The notes below the pieces were generated by a model. It saw only the letters and a program-made list of their open reading frames with translations. It searched no databases and was not told where the DNA came from. From Setoptus koraiensis (Eukaryota; Animalia; Arthropoda), in assembly GCA_048013815.1 (NCBI GenBank), contig CM106585.1, positions 1,240,001 to 1,304,000 of the forward strand: 64,000 bases of DNA, written 5' to 3'. Positions within the stretch are counted from its first letter, which is position 1; every line of letters begins with the position of its first letter. A program made the position numbers and the translations under genes. Positions 54,001-64,000 of this stretch are shown piece by piece.

Positions 54001-57000
54001 CAAAAATAATCACAGAAACATTCTGTAGAATGCTCATTATCAGTATTGAATCACTTATGCTGGTCAGTGGAGAGAAAGAGAAACAACAAACTGTGACTGG
54101 ACATTACATAGGCATATTACATGTAATAGATAGACATGTATTAATTTGATTTCGATGCTCGATAATGCATACTCAGATACAGGCACACAGATACAAGTAA
54201 AATTGCCAAGTTGCTTAACAATTAAGTTGGATACAGGTGATGCGGCATTTGTAACTGTTGTGCCTTACTGATAACGGACACCGGTCGATAATAACTGGTG
54301 GCCAATGCAACACTTACACTAACAGTGTAAGTGAAGAGGCAAAACGATAGCATCAGCGATTGGCCCGTTGAACTTGATTTAATGGCTTCATTAGCTCACA
54401 GTTGCCGATAATGTTTATAATATATATATACTAAACAAACGCACAAACAACAACAAGAGCAGTGAGCGTTATCTAATATCTATTATTAATAGTCTTACAT
54501 GCACTAGTAGTAGTAGTAGAGGTTGTTGTTGTAGATAGAGACCACCTTGAGTCTTGAGCGCCATGTTTTAGTTATGTAATGTGAGTTTGTTTGTTTGTTC
54601 AATGCGCTACAAACAACCAACTATATAAATGATGATATTGATAATGATGACGTAATATCAATTAAAAAACTGGCGGACTGACCAAAGAGGATGCAGGTCT
54701 GCGATGTGTGTAATGTTGTGCGCGTTGTTGTTGTTAAGAGTTGAATGCGCCCATTAAAGTTCATATTATGGTCACTTCACTGTGGTACAGAATGAACAGA
54801 AAAAGAAAAACGCAGCCAATACCGGTACTTGTGACGTCCGTTTGAAAAGCAAGCAATTTTTTGCCCACTAGAGCTCACAGTTATCAATTATCCGATGCAC
54901 ACTGTATAGCCCATGTTGCAGTATTATGTAAGCATAATAATGGAGCATCAAACGCGCTCGTCAATGCGCATCGATTGGAATATTCATTGAGGCCAACAAA
55001 GTGAGTTTTGTTGATGATCGCGGCCGTTCGTTAGCTCACAAGTGAGTGCAGGTTCAGGTGAGAACACACACACTCGCACAGAAAGCATGCAGTGACGTAA
55101 CTGTTGTTTGTTGCAAGTTGCTACAGTTACTTTAATGAACGCAGCAATGCAAATAAAGATGCAACAGAGATAAAAAGAGAGTTTTTGCGTGCAGTTGATC
55201 GAGTTTAAATTGTATCATCATCATGATGAGCGAGATAATGTTAACAGTGAGATAGGTTCATGTGTGTGCCGTATGAGGCTGCAAATTGATTGAACAACAA
55301 GATTAAAGGTGCTTCCTTTTGTGCTCGCTTTATGCCTATTTATTTGGGCGCACAGTTTTCGTTGGCACAGGTGAGCTGAAGCGGATAATACCCGGGAAAC
55401 GACAGCTACACTGGTACGGTCATACGTGTTGCCCAGTATATAGTGCAGGCTTGTTTTGGGTTCAACTGTTACAATTGTTGCAAATTGTTATTTGCGTTGT
55501 CAAGCAGATCCTCTGGCAAAGATGAGAGTGAGCATTGTTGAGTTAGGTGCACAAATGATGATGACAACATTGTTTCCGTTGTTATGTAGATGAGTGAGTT
55601 CGCATAATTCATCATCAGCCAGCAACACAACACAAATGAATGGAAGAGAAAAAGAATTATCATTATTAATAATGTTGCGTAAGTCGATTGTTGTGCGTTT
55701 GTTGTCGAGACGATCACACAAAGAAACAAGTTGCTCGCTTGCTGGCAACTTGTTTCTATATCGTTCGTTGTTGAGCTTCAACGATGCCCCAACTAAACAA
55801 ACGCACACAATTGCATGATAAAGATGCTCACCTGGATAACAACACCAACAACCAGCTCGTGATACTTAAATTAGCCCAGTGTGTCTATCAATGACACTAA
55901 CATGCAGCGAGAGAAAGGGAGTCTAATCTAAATTTAACCATCTCACACACAGATCCGTTGAGAACTGTTCATGGTATCGACTAGACGACCATTACTTCCT
56001 TTGTGTCTGTCAGCGCTTGCCTTAACACCAATGCCAACACAAAAAGATTGCTTATCTAGAGACTTTTTCTTGAGCTGCGATCATCAAGAGAGCGCCAGTG
56101 ATACAAAGAATGGTATCAATGCATGATGTTACTTCCTTGATTGAATTATCTCATCAGAAATTGGTGCCTGTTTTATTTGTGTTGCTGCAACGATATCTAA
56201 TTAAGGAAGGAGCATCCTCTTGCTGGTCAATGAAATTGTTGTTGATTGCTCTCTCGTTGGCCACTTTCTCGGCGCATTTTTTCTAGCTTAATGCCAAATA
56301 TGCACCCCATCTATGCCCAATATTGCTGTCGGTTATGTGGACAAAAACAAACAAAATCTAACTATTATAACCATGTTTGTATCATCAAATCTTATCATTA
56401 TCTCTCTCAATAGAATCCTACAATCCGCGACTACCAAAACGAAATGAACAATATGATGCAATTTCGGCCATCTCTAGTGAAGGCGACAACAGTGACTATG
56501 ATCCCGATTCAATCAATTATAATGGCGACGATACAATGGGCAAAATAGTGCGAGTTTCATTGGAGAAACGAAGCAACAGCAACTCTCTCCCGGCTGCCAC
56601 AAACAATGCCAACAATGACGATAGTGATCTATTTGAAGCACAAGAATCCGTTTCGTCTGTCAGTTTTAGAGATTTGGTGGCATTCGGTGGCTCCTCTGTT
56701 GCAGCAAACAACAATAAACTTGCCAGCGATTCAACTAGCTTTGCTGGCCCAGCGGCCGCTCAGCTGAGCCAAGTTGATCAAGTGGCTTCGTCTTTGTCTA
56801 CTAGCAGCAGCAGCAACAACAACAACAACAACAACAACAAAATTAGACAATTGCAACGGAACAAATTGTACGATTACATAATTGATTTTCTCACTAAAAA
56901 CAATTTGCATAGATTCTGTGATTTGTTGGCGCAATCGAGCAACACAAGCCAACAATTGGAACTAATGGACAGATTTACTTTGTTTGTGCCAACTGATGAG

Positions 57001-60000
57001 GCATTCCTATTATTGCCTAGCTCTCTATTGGAGCATATTAAAACAGACCATAGACAATTGAATAACTTGTTAGAAAGTCACATCAGTGGCCAATTGGTAC
57101 CATTGAAAAGTGGACGCAGATTACAACAGACCATTGGCTCTAGCATTTATGCTAATTTGGCCCAATTACCACAGAACGAGCCAACCTTGAATGGCAATAC
57201 CGTTATTGGCAATGGCGATAGTTTGTCGGCGCCACCATTGCTAGTTCGCTCATTGAATAACTATCCTATTAGGATTACGATGCAACAAAGCGACTTTGGC
57301 TTGGATTTAAATGGTAGCACTAATTCAAACAACAGCAGCCAGCCAAGAATTATAATTAACGGAGCTAACATTGTTCGTGGCTATTCCTATTTGTTGCAAT
57401 CGATAATGCCACCAACAAGCAACAATAATAATAATAATAATTTTAATGATAGCACCAATGATCAGCCACCAGAGGGTGCTTATGCTGTAATACATGTCAT
57501 CGATAAGGTGCTCTATCCGCCGCCCGTTGTTGATTTGATGACTAGAGTGCGTCAGGTTGCACCACAAATGGCCTCATTTATTGAATTGTCGGGCCTCACA
57601 CAACAGCTGTCATTGGACAACAGTGTATTTAAACCGGAAACAATAAACAATGGCAGCAATCGGATGTTATATACTTTGTTTGTGCCCAATGATGAGGCAT
57701 TCAGAGGAACACCAAAGTCACTGATGGATCAAATGGCAAAAAATCGCACTTTTTTGACAATGGTCATCGAAAATCACATTATATCTGGCATTCATTACAG
57801 TGGAGCGTTGGCGGGAACTCAAGCGCTATCGTTGGCCCAACAAAATCTTAAATTCACTGAAAAGTCCATACAATCTCGCAATTTAGTCTTGGTCAACAGC
57901 ATACCAATAGTAGATCCCGATTTGATGGCCAACAATGGTGTGATACATGTCATAACTCGGCCCATATTGCCCAAGCATTTAGTTCAGGCATGCAAATGCG
58001 AGAAGTACGTCCAACAGCATCAACAACAACTCTGGCCGTCCGCAACATCAGTATCAGACAACAACAACAACAACAACAATTTAGATTCGGCACAACCAGA
58101 CAACAACCAGTCGGATAACTTAAGCATATTGCCGCAAGCGTCCTCTATCGACACCAATAGATTGACTCTGAATGGAAATGAATCAACTCTGAATAATGGA
58201 GCTACAGAATCTGTGCCCAACAACAGTAATATCAATGGAAAATTCAACGAAACCTCGATTAGTAAACAATTAAATGAGAATCTTAGAGTTCAGCGGGCCG
58301 ATTCCGCCAAGGTAATTAGCCAAAACAATAAAAACTTCTATCGACCCTCAGTGGCACCACGAGCTAATCAGCAACAAGTGTTGCCTCTTCAAACTAGACA
58401 ACAATCGCAACAAGTCAACGCCAATTTAAAACAATTAAACCAGCTAGTTTTACCACAAACAACTACTAATGGTCAAGTTATCGTAAGCAAAGATCAACTG
58501 TTAAATCAATTGAACAGTCAGGCGAGCAATCACAGGCCTGTAACCTATTTGAATAACTTTGATGAAGCTCAACAACAACAGCCTGAGCCAAATTTGCCCA
58601 CTTATCACATCGGGCCCACCGATTTCCGTTATCAAACAATTTTAGGCCCCAATAGGCAGCCACTGGGTCTGTCATCGTTGTCTGAATTGCAACGACAGCA
58701 ACAGCGATTTGAGCAAACAACAAACGGCTTGCAAATAACTGGTGATAAGAATATCATGACAAGAGTGCCACCTGTTGCAACAGCAATAGTACAAAATGTT
58801 GTCAATAATGTCAATGATGGTCGACAAAAACATTTAGATAATGGGCCTACTTTTAGCAATTTATCATCAAACACAGAATACGATTTGTTGTCTGATCATC
58901 AGCAAAAATTGAATCACAATAACACCACTGGTCTAAACCATACAATGAAAGGTCATCCATATAAAATATATCTTTGGGATCCCTCTACCTTGGCACACAA
59001 CTTGAATAGCTCTCAACATATACAACAAAAACAACTGGACAGTCAAACAGTGCCAGATGAGCAACAACAAACAGGAATTAAATTGTCGCAAAATGTTGTT
59101 AACATGCTCAACTATTTGCACACAACCAATCTGAGACAACCAACTAATTATTCATTTGTTAACTTGAGTTATCCAATACTGAGTAATACAAGCGACAATT
59201 CTAAATTGATTGCGGACAATTTGCTTTACAATCGAATTGTCAATGCCACTAACAGACGAGAACCATTTCACATGAATTTCAATGATCAATATCATTTTAT
59301 CTACGATAGACCACTGGCTACAACCAATGGTGGAATTCCAAGTCACTCTAATTATAACAGTGCATTTGTCTTAAACAACTCAACAAAATCTGAGCCCAAT
59401 CAAAATCACTCGTCTCATTGGTCAACTAAATCTGACTTGTGGTCAGCGCCAAATGACTACTCTAATCAACAGCAACACCTGCAACCAGGCAGCTATTCAA
59501 AATTAATTAAATTCTCACCTCAAGACGCCAGACATATTGTTTACTCGACAGTTGTGCCAAGTAGTGAGCCAATTGGAAGCAATCAACATCAGCATCAATT
59601 TTCATTAATTAATGGCAGATCAAGTTTGTCTACTAGCTCATCCTCAAATGGTCAAGATGATTTTGTGACACTTGCTCCGCCAGCTCTAGCAGGACACAGA
59701 TTGGTCAACGTGCCACAAGATCAGCCTCAATCATCTGCCAATCCAATGGATAGTAGAAATTATAATAATAGGCACAACATGAAACAAACTCCAATGCAAA
59801 CCTCATCTTCCGGTTTTGCTGTTGCCATATTGCACAATCACAATGAGAGTATTAGTTCACAATATGACATTGTCAATGCCTCCTCTTCTACGCCAGAACC
59901 AATCAATTTCGTGCAGCAACAACAACAACAACAGACTGCTATTAAATCATCTAGCAACATAGAACCACCTGTACGTTGTGCCTTTCATAACAGTGATTGT

Positions 60001-63000
60001 AGGCGACAACAAGCGAGGGGCTTCACTATTGCAAGCTCGACAGCGAGACCTCAAACAATTTTGTTGTCTCCAACTTCTAATGATGGCGCTAATATTTGGG
60101 CTTTCCAACAACAACAGCCAATAAGACAAACCAACCAGAAAGACAATTTGCGTTCTCAATTGAATGTTAATTCGCCAACATCGCGTCCAACAATCAATGA
60201 ACGACCTCAGTGGCTAACAGTGACCCCAACAAGCAGTGGCGCCATCTTGTTCCGACAACAATCAAAAGTTTCTCCATTGGCTCAGCCATTGCCACCCTGG
60301 GGCGACGACGAGAATCATGCATTGTTTATATCGCCCTCATTGGCCAATGACATTTCTCGTATTAAACGTCCAATGGCTAATGAGACACCCAGTTATGCGA
60401 GCAATCAATTACATCATCAAACCTCTAACCAATCTAATGTGTTTGTAGCGCCATCTATATTAGGCGGAAACCATCAATCGATCAAGTCGAGCGTCCAACA
60501 ACATGCTCTACTTTTGCCTAGTTCCGGTTTAATGGGACGATTGGTTCAATTGACAACACCAAATTCGTTGATTCGTTCAAGCAACCAAGCAAGCGGACAA
60601 GTAAATTCAACACTAGCTAGCATTAGAAATAAACAACAGTTGAGCAATTTTGCGACTTCGCCCTCTCCTTCGTTCGGACCATCCAATTTCACTCCGACGG
60701 TTTTTGCTGGCCAGCGTATCACTCCGTTGTCGCCTAGCACCATAAACGCAAATACAAATTTCTTTTCACCCATCATAATGCGTCAACAGCAGCAACAACC
60801 ACAAATAAATGTTGCTAGTCAGCAGCAGTTGTCTACGCCTCGAAATAACAACAGGGATATATTCAGCACCAGCACAACTACCACAACTCATGTACCACCT
60901 ATGTTTCAGAAATCAAACCATCAGCAGTTGACAAATGAACAACAAAAGAGCCTACAACAAGTGATACCCATAAAACAACGCGCTCCTATTCAGGTGCAGG
61001 GAAACAATTTTCCGCGGCCGCCTTCCTCATTTAGGAAACAAAAATTACTTCAGGTACAAATAGACAATAATGGCTCATTGGGGGCCAATTTCGATTTGAA
61101 TCCGACCAATGGTAACAAGCAAGCACGAAAATTGGTTCAAGTGCACACTCCGGTGGCCGGTTCTAGGCTATACTTTCAATCTTCGTCGCCATCTTCGCTC
61201 ATTAGCAGCAACTCAGGCGATTCCTCTACTGTCACAGCAGGAACAAACAACAATAACAACAAATTACCTCAGCTACCGGTACTTACACCCGCACAACAAG
61301 TGGCTAAATTGCGACAGAGTCAGCTATTGATGCAATCTAGCTCGAACAATAACAATCAAGCATCAATAGTAAATCAACAATTATTGGCGCCCAACAATAA
61401 CAAAAATAACACCAACAACAATTTGGTTAAGGCAAATCTTGTAAGATCAACAAGTAATGGTGAATATTATCAAAATAGAACAATTGCAGAGATTATGGAT
61501 GATAGTGGCCTGAGATTGGACGGACAAATGGTGACATTTAATAAATTGAGAGAATGTCTAGCTGATTCTGGCCTGTTGAATTCGATAATTAAATCAACGC
61601 AACCAATAACAATATTCATGCCCACTGATCAGGCATTCCAGCGTCTAGTTCAATATCAACAATTGGCATTGGCATCTAAGACGCCTAATATCATGCAGAC
61701 AGGTTTTGTCACTAGCCAAAATGTAGCTCAAATGATGGTGGATACGTTTGTGCCCATGAAAAAGGCCTCCGACATTTCGGGCGTTGATCTCACCAGCACT
61801 AACAATGATGATAGAAGCCAACAGAGTGTCTATTCTTTTAATCAGCCATATAATATTGATTGTTCCTCGCAACAAGCAAGACAATTACTTTTAGATCATC
61901 TGTCCTTCAGTCTAATGACGCCCAAAGATTTATTGAAGGACACAATTATACCTAGTATGTCAAAAAGAAAACTAATATTGTCTAGTATACCAGACAAAAA
62001 GATTGTTGTTATTGATGGTCAGCCAGTAGTGGCGGCCACAAGAGCCACCAATGGTATGGTTTATGTGGTGAACAAATTTGTCAACATTACAAACCAATCA
62101 CCTACAGTGATTGAGCTAATTAATCAAAGCAGAAACCTTTCTACTTTTAGCTCATATTTGCGACTATCTGGTTTCGATTCAGAACTCAAAAAAGGTGAGC
62201 TGTGCTTCTTTATGCCAAACCGGCGCATATTAGTTGGATTTTAATTTTAAATATTAGCCAATATCTAACGACATCGCCCTGCTTTGCTAACTTGATACAA
62301 ATTTAGATTCTGGACCGATAACAATATTGGCGCCCACTAATGATGCCTTTGATCAGCTATCTGACAAAGGCAAAGCATTGCTCAACTCGGACCCAGCTGC
62401 TCTCCTTGGTAAGCTACTCTTTAGATGCAGATGATGAGTCAATAAACTGAGTCCTTCAATAATGCTAATCAATTACAATAATCAAACGATCTTGTCAACG
62501 AAATAAATTTCAGATATCATAAAAGGACATATCGTTGATGGAGCTCAATTTGGTAAACTGATATCAATGAGAGTCCGATTGCCAACTCTAAACGCGGGCC
62601 AATTTGTCACAGCCAAGAACATCAAACGTAAGTTGTTTTTTATTTTTACCTCATTCTCCCTCCATAATTACACTGTTTGTTGTGATCGAAATTTATTAAT
62701 ATGCAAACCAAATAACCAAATATCGCTCTGTCATCGCTCTCACTAGCAAACGTTTATCTACTGGATGAACAAATGACAACCATCAAGTTGGTAGGTTCAT
62801 CTGGAAATGGTGTTGTGAATTCCATTGATCGTATCATAGTTCCACGATGGCTGAGAAATTCATTCGAGTCATTGTCAAATAGAAATAATAGTTCATTTGT
62901 TGGAGATCGCGAAATTGAAAACATTGACTCCAGTAGGATAGGTAGATTTGAGTCGGGTATCAATCAATTCAATCAGCCCATAATAAGAGAGCCCAGTGCC

Positions 63001-63877
63001 ATAGATACCATTACTAGTAGCATTAATACATCGGATGGTTTCGAGTCGACATCTAACACTTTTGGAAACAATACCAATCAAGGTGTCAGAGATACACCGA
63101 ACACAACGACGAGTATGTTTAGTGGGGCTGCTACACTTTCTGATGGGCTAGACATATTTGTCATGACAAATAATAATAGATCGAGCAACAATAACAATCG
63201 AACTAGTACCATCAGACATCCTTTGGACGCAACAACAACAACAACTAGCTGGAACAATAATTCAATGTCTAAAAATATGAGATTAATTGAAGAATTGTCA
63301 TCTATGATGTCGGCAAACAAATTTGTAAAATTGTTGCATAAGGCTAATTCGGCAAAATTTCTAAAACAAGCAACAAACTATGTTATATTGGTGCCCACTG
63401 ATCAGGCTATCGATAAATTGCCAAAACAAATAATACAGATGCTGGAAAGGAATAATCAAAAATTAGAGGATCTAGTCAACTATCACATTCTTGAAACAAC
63501 ATTTGAATATATAAATATGATACCAGATGGTCAGACATTGAATACAATCAATGATAAAGATATTGTTTTCAATTGGTATAGGAACAACACAATACTTACT
63601 GCTTCCGGTTCTGTTGTGTTGAGCGGTGTACAAGAGGATAATATAGCTTTGCTTTTAGTAGATCGTGTACTATATCCAACTCCTGGCGATATAATGGACA
63701 TAATATCCAAATCGCCAATACTAAGCAACTTAACTAGAATAGTACGAAATACGGGCCTAGAACAACAATTATCCAAATCTGGCCCATTTACATTATTTGC
63801 ACCGTCAGATTATGCATTTAGCAAATTATCGGCCAACGACAGAGAGTTCCTTAATCGCGACACTGATGTAGCTAGAA
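33335..63877 (+). CDS. Fasciclin (FAS1) multi-domain secreted protein, TGFBI/periostin/midline-fasciclin-like; exons 33335-33788 (probable), 56414-62194, 62307-62408, 62514-62627, 62747-63877; 3' end beyond the window
   Basis: At least six FAS1 repeats with H1 motifs (FTLFVPTDEAF, YTLFVPNDEAF, ITIFMPTDQAF, ITILAPTNDAF, YVILVPTDQAI, FTLFAPSDYAF). H2 motifs are visible for the first five (VIHVIDKVL, NGVIHVI, NGMVYVV, NGVVNSIDRII, LLLVDRVL). All junctions are GT-AG phase 1 and keep the frame (2,527 codons in the window). The link to exon 1 is inferred. Confidence 0.85.
36060..36089. repeat. (GTC)n microsatellite
   Basis: Perfect trinucleotide run. Confidence 0.85.
37635..37674. repeat. 10-bp tandem array with graded divergence
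   Basis: GCATCGAGCA x2, GCGTCGAGCA, GCGCCGAGCA. Confidence 0.8.
43738..43871. repeat. Compound tetranucleotide microsatellite (AACT)n/(GACT)n
   Basis: Imperfect AACT runs followed by a perfect GACT run. Confidence 0.85.
49756..49836. repeat. (CAA)n compound microsatellite
   Basis: CAA run with CGA/CAG interruptions; source of several spurious poly-N and poly-V ORFs. Confidence 0.85.
56414..62194 (+). CDS. Fasciclin main exon (5.8 kb): FAS1 #1-#2, 1,169-aa low-complexity linker, FAS1 #3 and start of #4
   Basis: 1955-aa track ORF, trimmed to the TAG acceptor (56413) and the G/GTGAGC donor (62195). Confidence 0.9.
62307..62627 (+). CDS. Two small fasciclin exons (62307-62408 and 62514-62627; absent from the ORF track)
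   Basis: DSGPITILAPTNDAFDQLSDKGKALLNSDPAALL and DIIKGHIVDGAQFGKLISMRVRLPTLNAGQFVTAKNIK, with canonical GTAAG donors and TAG/CAG acceptors. Confidence 0.88.
62747..63877 (+). CDS. Fasciclin exon: end of FAS1 #4, FAS1 #5 and start of #6
   Basis: In frame with track ORF 62773-63900. The A/GTAAGT donor at 63878 opens an intron that leaves the window. Confidence 0.9.
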
Positions 63878-64000
63878 GTAAGTTTTATCTCTTCGATTGA
63901 TATTGTTATAATTGTTTGAACATAACATTTGCTAAATAACTAAACTAACTGCTGCTCTCATTTCGCTATATTTCGTCGACTATTTCAAGGATTTTTGTTG

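Noticed and set aside
12079-55818. Dozens of 60-135 aa ORFs with poly-Q, -V, -L, -T, -C or -N runs
   Set aside because: They are translations of (CAA)n, (GT)n and (GA)n microsatellites, often on both strands of the same run, many with non-ATG starts.
27000-56000. Apparent abundance of CANNTG, TGGCCA and TGACA motifs as enhancer clusters
   Set aside because: Expected from the CAA/TTG-rich composition; cannot be called without an enrichment calculation.

Overview
Eukaryotic nuclear DNA from an animal: spliceosomal GT-AG introns and dense microsatellites, with no operons or CRISPR. It is an arthropod (clear rickets/bursicon-receptor orthologue), and the N/Q/S/T-rich protein expansions suggest a mite (inference, unverified). 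Four protein-coding genes can be built by hand. (1) An intronless RAD1 (9-1-1 clamp) on +, 635/704-1774. (2) A 3-exon SR-protein kinase on -, 3482-1784, whose stop codon is 9 bp from the RAD1 stop. (3) An 8-exon rickets/LGR2-type receptor on +, about 10240-25773 (about 2,400-2,500 aa), with a 457-aa hinge insert and a 1,204-aa cytoplasmic tail. (4) A multi-FAS1 fasciclin/TGFBI-like secreted protein on +, with a probable first exon at 33335 and main exons at 56414-63877, running off the window. The strongest leads are: a 60-nt 5'-truncated bacterial-type tRNA-Val at 307-366; a spliced upstream ORF at the receptor 5' end that meets the main frame at a GCT-TGA-T +1 junction (uORF, alternative acceptor, recoding or assembly error); and the very long receptor tail with scattered CxxC motifs and a PDZ-type terminus. 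I found no mobile element and no clearly novel multi-gene system. Most short ORFs in the track are microsatellite or antisense artefacts. All calls come from reading the sequence; no database searches were run.
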